Positions 31,345-40,994 of a stretch of 64,000 bases of DNA are shown here, one piece after another. How positions within the stretch are numbered: position 1 is the first letter of the stretch; the number at the start of each line of letters is the position of its first letter. The stretch spans positions 32,001 through 96,000 of the forward strand of contig CBDEUK010000002.1 of NCBI GenBank assembly GCA_965243205.1, in the 5' to 3' direction. Origin of the DNA: Gammaproteobacteria bacterium. Its GTDB lineage: Bacteria > Pseudomonadota > Gammaproteobacteria > Eutrophobiales > Eutrophobiaceae. The notes under the pieces are model-generated. The model did no database searches. It was given only the letters and a program-made list of their open reading frames with translations, and was not told the DNA's origin. Both the position numbers and the translations under genes were made by a program.

Positions 31345-32124
31345 TTAAATTATTGCGTAAGCACCATATCCAACCACGCGTTCTTTATTGCCTGAAGTAT
31401 CACCTGAATTTTTTATCTCTAAACTTTTAACTTGATAAGAATGTTTTTTTGCATACGTTAATAAACCGTTCAATGGTCTACAGCCGCAAGCTTGTTTTGG
31501 ACCTATATTTTCTATTTGAAAATTTTCAATAGCATCACTTGTGTTTTGATCGACTTGTTTTGCAAATTCATAAGTATGAAAGTGACTGAGATCGGAACTT
31601 ACCATGATTAATGTCTTATCATTCCACAGTAATTCAATAACATCACTCACTTGTTGTGGAGAAGTTTCACCTACGATAAGAGGAATTAAACTGAATTCAT
31701 TTAAACAGCTCTGTAAAAACGGTAAATGAACTTCTAGGCAATGTTCATCTTTATGCGCCTCATCGATGATTTGAATAAAATCCAATTCTAATAATTGAGA
31801 TTGTGCAGCTTGATCAATGTCTATATTGCCTAATGGAGTAGCAAACATATCTGCAGAAGATAAAGCTATACCTTTCACAAACACACGATGCGCAGGTCCA
31901 AGAATCACAACTCGTTCAATGTTTTCTTTACGATGTAAGATAGTTTTATACGCCGTTGCCGCAATACTGCCTGAATATTGATGACCAGCATGAGGTGCGA
32001 TGATGGCTTTTGCTTCAATATTGGTTTCAAGCGATGTATTGAAATAATGTTGAATGGATTCTATTAACTGATTTGAATCAGCGGGATAAAAATATCCAGC
32101 AATGGCAGCAGGGCGTATATTCAT
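31345..32124 (-). CDS. amrB: AmmeMemoRadiSam system protein B (MEMO1 family)
   Basis: R..A.AG.FYP, PHAG, EHCLEV, SSDLSH, VVGY. Confidence 0.93.
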   Translation of the reverse strand: MNIRPAAIAGYFYPADSNQLIESIQHYFNTSLETNIEAKAIIAPHAGHQYSGSIAATAYKTILHRKENIERVVILGPAHRVFVKGIALSSADMFATPLGNIDIDQAAQSQLLELDFIQIIDEAHKDEHCLEVHLPFLQSCLNEFSLIPLIVGETSPQQVSDVIELLWNDKTLIMVSSDLSHFHTYEFAKQVDQNTSDAIENFQIENIGPKQACGCRPLNGLLTYAKKHSYQVKSLEIKNSGDTSGNKERVVGYGAYAII

Positions 32125-32189
32125 AAATAGGGATCGTATGACTAATCGACTATAGTTATTTAAGTATACAAACCATTTAACGATTTGCA

Positions 32190-33278
32190 GTGGAAATTAA
32201 TCAATTACAATCCGTTCATCCAACAAAATACTGGCATCGATTAGAAGATGGTCGAGTTCAGTGCAATCTTTGTCCAAGAGCCTGCAAGTTGAAAAATGGT
32301 CAACGTGGATTATGTTTTGTTCGAGCGGCGGATAATGATGAAATTGTTTTAACCACTTATGGTCGATCCAGTGGCTTCTGCATTGATCCTATCGAGAAGA
32401 AACCTTTAAATCATTTTCTACCAGGTACACCCGTTTTATCGTTTGGTACGGCCGGCTGTAACTTGGCATGTAAATTTTGTCAGAATTGGGATATTAGCAA
32501 ATCACGTGAGATGGATACGCTAGCCGACCAAGCGACACCTGAAAAATTAGCGACAGCTGCTAAGCAAACAGGATGTCGAAGCATTGCCTTTACCTATAAC
32601 GACCCAGTTATTTTTATGGAATACGCCATGGATGTCGCTGAGGCTTGTCGAGAGCAAGATATAAAAACAGTTGCTGTAACAGCGGGTTACATTACCGAAA
32701 AAGCCCGTGAAGAGTTTTTTCAATCGATTGATGCCGCCAATATCGATCTAAAAGCATTTACTGACGATTTTTATCGAAAAATCACAGGTTCAGATTTACA
32801 AACTGTATTGGATACCTTGGTGTATTTAAAACAGGAAACGAGTGTTTGGTTTGAAATTACCAACCTGATTATTCCTGGCGAGAATGATTCTGAGCAAGAA
32901 TTACATAAAATGTGTGGATGGATCGCGGAAAATCTCGGTTTGGATGTGCCTGTCCATTTTTCAGCATTTCATCCCGATTGGAAAATGCTGGATCATCCGC
33001 GAACTCCAAAGTCGACTCTGATAAAAGCCAGAGAAATCGCAAAAGAATACGGTATACATTATATATATACAGGTAACGTGCATCATATCGAAGGCGATAC
33101 GACGTATTGCCCGAACTGTAATGCATCCCTGATCGTCCGTGATTGGTATGAATTACGACAATGGAATCTAGATTCAGGAAATTGTACAAAATGTAAGCAA
33201 TCAATTGCTGGCGTGTTTGAAAAACAACCAGGGGACTGGGGCAGCAAGCGCCAAAGGGTATTAATGAATTCTTTTTGA
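32190..33278 (+). CDS. amrS: AmmeMemoRadiSam system radical SAM enzyme
   Basis: DPIEKKPL.HF.PG, CNLACKFCQNW (CxxxCxxC). Confidence 0.95.
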   Translation: MEINQLQSVHPTKYWHRLEDGRVQCNLCPRACKLKNGQRGLCFVRAADNDEIVLTTYGRSSGFCIDPIEKKPLNHFLPGTPVLSFGTAGCNLACKFCQNWDISKSREMDTLADQATPEKLATAAKQTGCRSIAFTYNDPVIFMEYAMDVAEACREQDIKTVAVTAGYITEKAREEFFQSIDAANIDLKAFTDDFYRKITGSDLQTVLDTLVYLKQETSVWFEITNLIIPGENDSEQELHKMCGWIAENLGLDVPVHFSAFHPDWKMLDHPRTPKSTLIKAREIAKEYGIHYIYTGNVHHIEGDTTYCPNCNASLIVRDWYELRQWNLDSGNCTKCKQSIAGVFEKQPGDWGSKRQRVLMNSF

Positions 33279-33296
33279 ATGAATTGTTACAAGATG

Positions 33297-33330
33297 TTGA
33301 AAATTTAATGAAATATAGTACTATGCGCGC
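33297..33330 (+). promoter_or_regulatory. Sigma70 stable-RNA promoter of tRNA-Met
   Basis: TTGAAA (33297), 16-bp spacer, TACTAT (33319), then GC-rich discriminator GCGCGC. Confidence 0.6.
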
Positions 33331-33337
33331 TCGTTGT

Positions 33338-33414
33338 TGCGGGGTGGAGCAGTCTGGCAGCTCGTCGGGCTCATAACCCGAAGGTCGCAGGTTCAAATCC
33401 TGCCCCCGCTACCA
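33338..33414 (+). tRNA. tRNA-Met (initiator fMet, anticodon CAT)
   Basis: Cloverleaf with GGG/CCC anticodon-stem pairs, CTCATAA loop, GTTCAAATC T-loop, unpaired 1:72 position, CCA end. Confidence 0.97.
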
Positions 33415-33746
33415 AGTAACTAATTGAAAAACAACGATATTTTTCCTATAAAAAATTCCAACTAAGCCTAAACTGTATTTTTTTTAGGCGGAAAGTCCGC
33501 CTAACAAATAATCTCTTCAAAACAATAGCTTGATGGTAGTTTCCTGTAGATCAGATTGTCCTAGAAATACATGGTTTAGTGCTAAACCAAGGCTTTTTAG
33601 AGAAACCTTCAGGCGGAAAAGGACTCAAATTTGCAGTGAACTAGTCGATAAAAACTGAGATAAATGCAACTTTTTTATTGATGCACACAAGGTTTGAGGT
33701 CTAAAATATTATGTATAAAAACACTATACAGAGAGAGGAAAAGGAG

Positions 33747-34046
33747 ATGATTAACATCATCAAGATGCGGATTAGCATCTGCGTGGAACGTGACGAGCAT
33801 AGTTTTTATGCGTATTGCCCGAATTTAAAAGGCGTTCATGTAGAAGGCAACACAGAACATGAAGCTGTAAATAATGCTAGTGATGCTGCAATTGCTTACA
33901 TAGAATCTATGATGGTTAATAAAGAACCGTTGCCTTTATGTGTAGAGAAGTATTCATTAAATCAAGCGTTTAAATATTTTCTAGAAAAGATTTTTAAACG
34001 AAAAACTACCTTTATACAGGATCTGGATCTTAATTTGGCACATTAA
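33747..34046 (+). CDS. hicB: HicB-family antitoxin (short; no obvious DNA-binding domain; alternative start 33711)
   Basis: FYAYCPNLKGVHVEG.T..EA..NA.DA...Y, then EPLP. Confidence 0.85.
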   Translation: MINIIKMRISICVERDEHSFYAYCPNLKGVHVEGNTEHEAVNNASDAAIAYIESMMVNKEPLPLCVEKYSLNQAFKYFLEKIFKRKTTFIQDLDLNLAH

Positions 34047-34309
34047 TGAGTTATTCCAAAAATGTCTGGAATCAACTCAAAAACACGACAGCACAAGATA
34101 TCCAGAAAGCCTTAACCAAGGACGGATGGGAACCAGAAGTTACAAAAGGAGCCATTCAAGCCTACCGAAAAGAAGTTAACGGAAACGTTAATCGAATAAC
34201 TATACATGTTCATCCTAAAAAAACTTATGGCGCAAAATTATTGCAGGGCTTATTAGCGGATATAGGATGGGATGAATCAGACTTAAAACGACTAAAGTTA
34301 ATAAAATAG
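34046..34309 (+). CDS. hicA: HicA-family mRNA interferase toxin
   Basis: AL.KDGW, ITIHVHP, LL..IG pattern; TAATG overlap with hicB. Confidence 0.8.
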   Translation: MSYSKNVWNQLKNTTAQDIQKALTKDGWEPEVTKGAIQAYRKEVNGNVNRITIHVHPKKTYGAKLLQGLLADIGWDESDLKRLKLIK

Positions 34310-34446
34310 CTTTTTTTTATGTCTGAATTTAGGTCAAAAATTTCCGCCTAAAACTCCGTAAGCTATTGATAAAACCACTATGAAAACGGGTGTTTTCCGC
34401 CTAAAAAAACAGCTAAGTAATTGATTTTAAAGGAATGCCGGAGTAA

Positions 34447-34492
34447 CTCATAACCCGAAGGTCGCAGGTTCAAATCCTGCCCCCGCTACCAA
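34447..34492 (+). repeat. 46-bp duplicate of the tRNA-Met 3' end (att site; contains the left 17-bp core of the large element)
   Basis: CTCATAACCCGAAGGTCGCAGGTTCAAATCCTGCCCCCGCTACCAA, identical to 33370-33415. Confidence 0.95.
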
Positions 34493-36139
34493 TTGAACAG
34501 ACGGCTCGAAGTTATCGTTGTCATTAACAGCCATAGCTTCGAGCCGTTTTTCTATCTTTCCTTTGTCTTTCATCGCTTTATCCTCTGTGGCTATCCTCAG
34601 GATGCCTGCCAAGTCGCCATAGAGGTCGATAGACAGCTCGTCCTCACCGTCTTTGGACGAGAGCACGATCTTCTCAATCAGTCCTCGAACCTGTTCTCTG
34701 GCTTCAGCAGCTTTGCCGTCGCTAAGCGCTTTCGTTAGAGCCTCAATCTCAGACCTATATCGACGCGACATAGTGGGATGGATTAGCGGGCGCGGTTCGT
34801 CGTGCTCGTTTTCCGTCTGCGCCGCCAGTTCATCCAGTCTCGCGCTTACTCGTGCCAAATCGTCCTTGATCATTGAGGCTGGAACACCGTCCTTAATCGC
34901 CTGTACGATGTTTTCCCGCTCCTTGGTCAGCTTGGCCGCTTCTGCTTGGCGGCTGGCCAGAGCGGCATTTTGGGCGGCTCTCAGCGCGTTCATGTGGCGG
35001 GCATATTCATCGCAGAAGACCTGCACCAGATCATCCCGCATCAGGTGGCTCTGGAGGGCATTCAGGACTTTGCCTTCCAGCACGCTGCGTTTGATCGTCT
35101 TCTTGTTGGTGCAGACACTCTCGCCCTTGTTTCGGGCAGACGAACAGCCGTAACGCTCGCTGTTGATCTTGGAGTACCCGCCACCGCAGCTTCCACAAAC
35201 CAGTAGACCGGAAAGCAGATATTGAGGGCGCTTTCTGCTACCCAAGTGGCCCGAGCGCTTGTCCAGCGCTTTTTGACGTGCTTTGGCAGCCTCCCAGAGG
35301 CTTTGCGGCACAATCCTCAAATCCGGCACATTCTGGCGTATCCATTCGGATTCAGGGTTAAATCGAGGGACACGGCGTCCTGTAGTCGGGTCTTTGATAA
35401 ACCGCTGGCGGTTCCAGATCAGTTCACCAATATAGAGGTGATTGTTCAAAATGCCCGTGCCGCGTTTGCGGTTGCCATTGATTGTTGACTGTCCCCACGC
35501 CTTGCCCGATGGGCATGGAATTCCGTCTTCGTTTAGGCCGGAGGCTATGGCTTTTGGCGATTTATTCGCATGGGCGTATTCGTGGAAGATGCGGCGCACG
35601 ATTTCCGCCTGATCTTCGTCAATTGCCCGATCCCCGCGAATGGCTTCGCCTTGAGCATTGAACTGCTTGACCACGCGGTAGCCATAGGCAAGGCCGCCAC
35701 CGGACTTGCCATTTTCGACTTTGCCACGCAGGCCACGGCGGGTCTTGTCCGCCAAGTCCTTCAGGAACATGGCATTCATTGTCCCTTTCAGGCCGATATG
35801 CAGTGACGAAATTTCGCCCTCAGAAAGCGTGATGATCTTGACGCCAGCGAACTCCATGCGCTTGAAGATGCCTGCGATGTCTTCCTGATCGCGGGAAAGC
35901 CTGTCCAAGGCTTCCGCCAGCAGGATGTCGAATTCGCCATTCATGGCGGCTGTTAGAAGAGACTGGATGCCAGGCCGCATCAGTGAGGCACCGGATATGC
36001 CTGCATCGGTGTAGCAGTTGACGACTTTCCAATTCTCAGAGTCGGCGCGTTCGGAGCACAGCCGGATTTGATCTTCAATGGAGGCATCGCTCTGAAGATC
36101 GCTGGAATAACGCGCATATATGCTAATGCGTTGTGTCAT
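34448..36139 (-). CDS. Large serine recombinase (integrase)
   Basis: IYARYSS catalytic Ser, LDRLSRD, recombinase domain, Zn ribbon (LLSGLLVCGSCG), coiled coil; C-terminus LVAGAGFEPATFGL is encoded by the antisense tRNA fragment. Confidence 0.95.
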   Translation of the reverse strand: MTQRISIYARYSSDLQSDASIEDQIRLCSERADSENWKVVNCYTDAGISGASLMRPGIQSLLTAAMNGEFDILLAEALDRLSRDQEDIAGIFKRMEFAGVKIITLSEGEISSLHIGLKGTMNAMFLKDLADKTRRGLRGKVENGKSGGGLAYGYRVVKQFNAQGEAIRGDRAIDEDQAEIVRRIFHEYAHANKSPKAIASGLNEDGIPCPSGKAWGQSTINGNRKRGTGILNNHLYIGELIWNRQRFIKDPTTGRRVPRFNPESEWIRQNVPDLRIVPQSLWEAAKARQKALDKRSGHLGSRKRPQYLLSGLLVCGSCGGGYSKINSERYGCSSARNKGESVCTNKKTIKRSVLEGKVLNALQSHLMRDDLVQVFCDEYARHMNALRAAQNAALASRQAEAAKLTKERENIVQAIKDGVPASMIKDDLARVSARLDELAAQTENEHDEPRPLIHPTMSRRYRSEIEALTKALSDGKAAEAREQVRGLIEKIVLSSKDGEDELSIDLYGDLAGILRIATEDKAMKDKGKIEKRLEAMAVNDNDNFEPSVQLVAGAGFEPATFGL

Positions 36140-36338
36140 GATCTAGTCCACCTCGGTTCGGACGATGGGCGACGCACGCATTAAAATCAGCTTCAGCGGC
36201 ACGTCGTGCCATTAGTTTTACGAGCCGGATCAGGCGCTCGTCAGGTGAGATGTGATTATGACTCGCAATTCCATGAGTCTTCAAATCCATCGCCCCATCA
36301 CGTCCGTTTGCCTTGTCCTTTCTTGGAAGCTTGCTCAT
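36123..36338 (-). CDS. Small protein overlapping the integrase start (candidate directionality factor or regulator)
   Basis: RBS GGAGGG before ATG 36338; helical motif RLIRLVKLMARRAAEADF. Confidence 0.55.
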   Translation of the reverse strand: MSKLPRKDKANGRDGAMDLKTHGIASHNHISPDERLIRLVKLMARRAAEADFNACVAHRPNRGGLDHDTTH

Positions 36339-36630
36339 CGCAACCCTCCAAGAAAAAACAGCGAGAGGCATATACATGCTCTCGCTGAAGTTCGGGGCTT
36401 GTGCGCCAGAGTTCGCGGGTTGAGAGCGAGCGTGCGATGGGTGATCCACACGCATACGAACTTGGCGACCAAATAAAAAAGAGCACTGGACGTGAAGCTG
36501 TCCAAAAATGCTCTCTTACCATCCATGGTAGTGTTGAAAACCTTAATAAAAGGTAAATAACAGCCCGAAAACCCGCAGTATTCTGCGATTTTTTGCAAAA
36601 ACTTGGATGTTCGCGGCTGAAATACCATTC

Positions 36631-37047
36631 TCAGGCCGCCTTTTTCAGGGTGATGCGCAGCACAATCCACGCGCCAACGAGTGATCCAATCCACCAAGGG
36701 ATATCGGATACCGAGAATTGTTCTAGGATTGCCGCGAACGCTAACAGCACCATTCCAATCGAGGCATACTCCAAGATGCTGGTGCGTTGTACCGCGTTCT
36801 CTATGCGGTATTCACCACGGCTCAAGATGGGAATCGCTTGGCGCTGATGCACCATGCGTCGCCAGATGAAGCTCCGATACCATGCCTTGAGTGCGCCAAA
36901 GAGAAGTAACCAAGGCGAGGCGACATACAAGTAATACGGCCAGTGTGCAGGGGTATAACGGCTATCGGCATTCCCTAAAACGCCGTATGCGCCATAGGCG
37001 AGTGCCAAGAGCAAAATGATGTTGATCCAAACCCGTTTCATCATCAT
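36631..37047 (-). CDS. Hypothetical membrane protein (~4 TM)
   Basis: Hydrophobic segments; TAATG coupling to the virD4-like gene. Confidence 0.7.
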   Translation of the reverse strand: MMMKRVWINIILLLALAYGAYGVLGNADSRYTPAHWPYYLYVASPWLLLFGALKAWYRSFIWRRMVHQRQAIPILSRGEYRIENAVQRTSILEYASIGMVLLAFAAILEQFSVSDIPWWIGSLVGAWIVLRITLKKAA

Positions 37048-38663
37048 TAGTCCCCGTCGAATACCTTATCGAGTGCCTTGCCGATATCGAAGCCGGCACG
37101 CTGAAAATTGACGGGCGACGCCAGAGGTCGATCCGCATAATGCGGATGGATATCGAACAACGGGCTGCCATCCTTTTTGCGGTAGCGCTTATCCAGAAAA
37201 TACGCGGTCTTGAAACACGCAACCGGATAGGCGTGCGACAGGATGAGAATTTGCGCCGCAGGGTGCATCGTTGTGACTTCATCGGGTGTAATCAGACTAC
37301 GGGAAATCAAGCCATCATCGCGGCTCAAATAGTACGGGTCGGACAACAATCCGGCACGCCGTTCGGCACTGGCGTGGCTAACGGATTCAACTGTACCGAT
37401 CCCGCAAAGGCGCGACGTATATTCGGACGTCATCAGATCGTTCGTTCCGAAGATCTGAATGACGCCGCTATTGGCAACGAAGGTCTGCCAGCGTTGTTGG
37501 TATAGGTCTGCGAGCTGATTGAAGTCCTGTACGATCATGTGAAGTTGCATACCGTATCCGGCCATTAGCCCGTAGGCTGTCTCGATAGTTTCCATGCGCC
37601 CCAAGGCCGCCGCTTCTTCAATCAAGAAGTAAACAGGCGGATCGGGCTTGGTCTTGAATCTCGTCACCGCCGTAATGGCGATGCTGATTAACATCCGCAG
37701 AAAGCGGTTGTACGTGAATAGGCGTCCAGCAGGCAGGACGATGAAAATACTTGTCTTGCCGTTTTCCAACTCATCGAATGAAAAGTCTGTTTCTGACAGC
37801 GCACGCTGGATACGTGGGCTTTCGAGAAAATGTGTGTTTTGCTGTGCCGTGGACATAACGCCGGACAGTTCCTTGGAAGCCTTGTTCAGGATACGCGCAG
37901 CCGCAGCGCGGACATACTCATTGCGGCTCTGCGCCATACCCGGATGCACAAGATGAACATTGTCGTCTTCGTCTTTCTCGAAACGACCGCCGACCATTGC
38001 TTTGAAGTCACGCGCAGACAGATTCAGCAATCGGCGAACTTGGGCAAGGTCACGCGATTTCTTGTCCGTTGGGATCAACGGCAGTGGCGTGGCCGCCACG
38101 TACAGGATCAACCCCATAATCAGGTTGCGGGCTTCGTCGTTCCAGAAGGGTTCCTTAACGCCTCGATCCGTAACTATGCTGTCTGCAATGAGAAGTGCGT
38201 CTTCCACAAAGTCATCTCTGTCAGGATCGAGCCAGTCAAGTGGGTTAAATCTTGCTGGTGACACTCCCAGATAGGAGCAGACTTCATCCCAAGGATCGAC
38301 GATGACCAACTTGTGGCCAAGAACATCGCGACGATATCGGCCACAGATTAGCGATAGTTCACCGTCCTTTACGTCAACACCCAAGAAAGAACCCCAATGA
38401 TCCATACAGCGCGGCGCCGAGCTGGTTAGCAGCTTGCCGCTGCGAGTAGGGGCGACGGTGAGCAGGTGGCGTTGCGTGTTTGAGGTAATAGCGAATGCAC
38501 TTCCTTTGGCATTATCCGGCAAGCCATAGCCGAGGAAAATTTTTCCATTTTCTCCATAGTGACGTGTTTTCAAATGCGCTTTGTCTGCCCAACGGGCGGA
38601 ACCGTGCATGTTCGGATCGCGACTATAAATACGCGCCGCTTCATATTGCTCACGGGTTTGCAT
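37047..38663 (-). CDS. VirD4/TraG-like type IV coupling protein lacking N-terminal TM helices
   Basis: HGSARWA, Walker A APTRSGK, DVKDGE, FNPLD, variant Walker B LIEEAAALG, Q..Q...LY, LITPDEV. Confidence 0.88.
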   Translation of the reverse strand: MQTREQYEAARIYSRDPNMHGSARWADKAHLKTRHYGENGKIFLGYGLPDNAKGSAFAITSNTQRHLLTVAPTRSGKLLTSSAPRCMDHWGSFLGVDVKDGELSLICGRYRRDVLGHKLVIVDPWDEVCSYLGVSPARFNPLDWLDPDRDDFVEDALLIADSIVTDRGVKEPFWNDEARNLIMGLILYVAATPLPLIPTDKKSRDLAQVRRLLNLSARDFKAMVGGRFEKDEDDNVHLVHPGMAQSRNEYVRAAAARILNKASKELSGVMSTAQQNTHFLESPRIQRALSETDFSFDELENGKTSIFIVLPAGRLFTYNRFLRMLISIAITAVTRFKTKPDPPVYFLIEEAAALGRMETIETAYGLMAGYGMQLHMIVQDFNQLADLYQQRWQTFVANSGVIQIFGTNDLMTSEYTSRLCGIGTVESVSHASAERRAGLLSDPYYLSRDDGLISRSLITPDEVTTMHPAAQILILSHAYPVACFKTAYFLDKRYRKKDGSPLFDIHPHYADRPLASPVNFQRAGFDIGKALDKVFDGD

Positions 38664-39702
38664 AGCTACCTCCCGCGCATTCCTGCACGCTCAAGACTTT
38701 CTGCGTCCGGTAAGCGGCGCTGAGGGAGTGAAAGTACCTTGTCAGGTTTTGGCTGATATCAGAGGTACTATGGAGAAAGGCATCTGCCAATCCAGTGAGA
38801 TAGCGGTCTTCACGCAGGCCAAGAAAATAGACAAAAGTCAGCGTATTGTTCTTGGCTGCTTCTACCTGTTGTCGGAGCGCGTCATCGGTGCCGATCTGTC
38901 CATCGGTTATGACAATGACCGCTTTTTGATGATTATCGAAATACGACTGATTCAGACTGTCATAGGCACTGGCGAGTGGGCGATACAAATCCGTCCCTCC
39001 CTCAGCGACCAGTGAATCCAGTTTGAAGTCTCCGGCGTTGCAATTTTGATAAACATTATTGTGATAGCTGTAGCCACTACTGAAGCTGGCAACGGCGCAC
39101 TCCGCTGTTGGCGGCAATCCCTTCAAGAACTCGTTAGCGCTTTGCTGGACATCGGAGACAACGCTGGCCATTGAGCCGGAACGATCTAGCAAGAGCGTAA
39201 AAGCCATTTTCGGCGCGGCGCTGGTAACGGTCTTGTAGTCAAAACAGAGTTTGCGCCCGCCGATGGTATAGACCGCCAAGCTGTCCGCAGGCGGTGAAAC
39301 GAAGTTTCCATTACTGTCCTTGAAGCTGGTGATAATCTGCAAACCGTTGGGGGTCTGCCTAGTCCTGATGATCTCGGACGTACCACCGCTGAAGGCGACG
39401 ACAAGATCATTATCCAGATCAATATCAAAGCCCGACGTTATGCGGATACCACGCGCATCGGTCATACCGATATTCGATACTGTTCGGATCAGGACATCGG
39501 ACGGCAGTAGCTTCGGATCAGTTCTGACTTTCAGCGATATGCTTTGTTCGAAGTCGTAACGGCTTCGAAGAACAATTGTCGGGGCTATGGCCTCAGTGCG
39601 GGACGTGATATTGATCGACGCATCCTGCGCAAGGCTAGCTGCCGAGATTAAGCCACCGACACACAAAGTGCCGATGGCCGCAGAAAGTTTTACACATTTC
39701 AT
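38650..39702 (-). CDS. Exported von Willebrand factor A domain protein
   Basis: Signal peptide (ASLA-Q), MIDAS DRSGS, GGT, VITDG. Confidence 0.85.
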   Translation of the reverse strand: MKCVKLSAAIGTLCVGGLISAASLAQDASINITSRTEAIAPTIVLRSRYDFEQSISLKVRTDPKLLPSDVLIRTVSNIGMTDARGIRITSGFDIDLDNDLVVAFSGGTSEIIRTRQTPNGLQIITSFKDSNGNFVSPPADSLAVYTIGGRKLCFDYKTVTSAAPKMAFTLLLDRSGSMASVVSDVQQSANEFLKGLPPTAECAVASFSSGYSYHNNVYQNCNAGDFKLDSLVAEGGTDLYRPLASAYDSLNQSYFDNHQKAVIVITDGQIGTDDALRQQVEAAKNNTLTFVYFLGLREDRYLTGLADAFLHSTSDISQNLTRYFHSLSAAYRTQKVLSVQECAGGSYANP

Positions 39703-39714
39703 AATCCAGACCCC

Positions 39715-40395
39715 CTATAGCAACGTCTTTAGACGCGAGCGGGTCTGGGCCTCGCCGAGCAGGTCAAAGTCCAATTCGCCGGAACGGGCGCGTCCCAGAA
39801 CGCCAATTGAAGCAAGGTAGGCTTGAAGCATCTGATCCTGATCGGGATGAACCCGCATGATTTTCAGGACGCTCAGCCGATCCGCAAAATTTGCCAAGGC
39901 CAGGTCACTTGGCACTTCTTGAGGCACCTGAACTTCAATTTCCTGATCCGCAGACTGAAACGGCACATGAACTGTCGATCCAAGCCAGTAAATACGCACT
40001 GCATCGGGCTGGGATAGGCTGATCGTGGTTTCGATCTGCTCAAACGCCATGACCAGATCGGAGAAGGATGGCTTGAAGTGAACCAGATTCTTGACCTCAC
40101 CAGCTTGATCCAAGAGCTGGCTTGGGGTTCCCGACCATGCAATGCGGTTCGATGATGCGCTCAGGACGATGTGAATTTGCGCGTCACGCGTTGCCCTGCG
40201 ACGTTCAAGCGAGGTGAGCTGCTGAAGCAGGTTCAGAGCTGTATTCATCGCTTCGTCGCGGTCGTCGTCGGCGACGGTGCCACCATTTTCGATCAAAACG
40301 AAAATAGCCTCAGAAGGCTGCACGACCGGGGCAGAGGTCTGATCTCCGCAGGCAACCAGAAAGAAAGACAGTGAAATGATTTTGAATGCTTTCAT
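39715..40395 (-). CDS. Hypothetical lipoprotein (possibly degenerate vWA fold)
   Basis: Lipobox LVAC; IFVLIENGGT resembles a degenerate beta1-MIDAS segment. Confidence 0.72.
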   Translation of the reverse strand: MKAFKIISLSFFLVACGDQTSAPVVQPSEAIFVLIENGGTVADDDRDEAMNTALNLLQQLTSLERRRATRDAQIHIVLSASSNRIAWSGTPSQLLDQAGEVKNLVHFKPSFSDLVMAFEQIETTISLSQPDAVRIYWLGSTVHVPFQSADQEIEVQVPQEVPSDLALANFADRLSVLKIMRVHPDQDQMLQAYLASIGVLGRARSGELDFDLLGEAQTRSRLKTLL

Positions 40396-40400
40396 GGCTG

Positions 40401-40994
40401 TTACTCCTGTGGTGACTTCAGATTGCGGAAGGCACGGGTGGTGAACATTGCGAGGACGATATTGATCACCGCAATGACGGCGCTCACGCCAATGGCGAGA
40501 CCCTTGTTCTCAGCCAGAAACGCCATGACGCCGCTTTGCTCGGTTTGAATCCCAAAACCCGATGGAGCAATTTCGCGGGCCACCAAGGTGTAGAGATTGA
40601 CGACTTCCAGTCCGATCACGAGGATCAGAATCAAGCCAGCAAAGGTCGCGATGATCTGGTTCTGCGGGTGTGAGAACCATTCTTGCGGATCGTCCAGTAT
40701 TTTCTGCCGATAGACTTCTGCCCAAATGAAGATCGGTGTACCGACCGAAAACGTTGCCAGCAACATCGAGATGATGTGAGAAGCATTGGCATCAGGATCG
40801 ATGGCATCAAATGCTGGGCCTATGACTGGCAGCTCCGATAAATAGGTTTCATTCATCAGACCGATGGTCTCGGTATATACGGCATAAAACATCGTCCACA
40901 TGGAGCCTTCCAGCACCAGATAGAACAATGTGGTGGCGATGGCTGCGAAGCTCGGTGGCCGCATTCCATCGAACGGGGATGCTTTATCAAACAT
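40401..40994 (-). CDS. Hypothetical membrane protein (~4 TM)
   Basis: Four hydrophobic segments; RBS AAGGGGG before ATG 40994. Confidence 0.75.
   Translation of the reverse strand: MFDKASPFDGMRPPSFAAIATTLFYLVLEGSMWTMFYAVYTETIGLMNETYLSELPVIGPAFDAIDPDANASHIISMLLATFSVGTPIFIWAEVYRQKILDDPQEWFSHPQNQIIATFAGLILILVIGLEVVNLYTLVAREIAPSGFGIQTEQSGVMAFLAENKGLAIGVSAVIAVINIVLAMFTTRAFRNLKSPQE

Larger units (their letters stand above)
33415..34492. mobile_element. Integrase-less ~1.1-kb islet inserted in tRNA-Met, carrying hicB-hicA
   Basis: Bounded by the tRNA and a 46-bp duplicate of its 3' end; AGGCGGAAA motifs near both ends in inverted orientation. Confidence 0.75.

Noticed and set aside
30794-33278. 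amrA-amrB-amrS as a novel system
   Set aside because: A widely distributed, already named gene trio, although its function remains poorly defined.
32869-33396. 175-aa minus-strand ORF
   Set aside because: Antisense to amrS and tRNA-Met.
34447-34492. Second tRNA-Met gene
   Set aside because: Only the 3' portion is present; the acceptor 5' strand and D-arm are missing, so it is an att duplicate.
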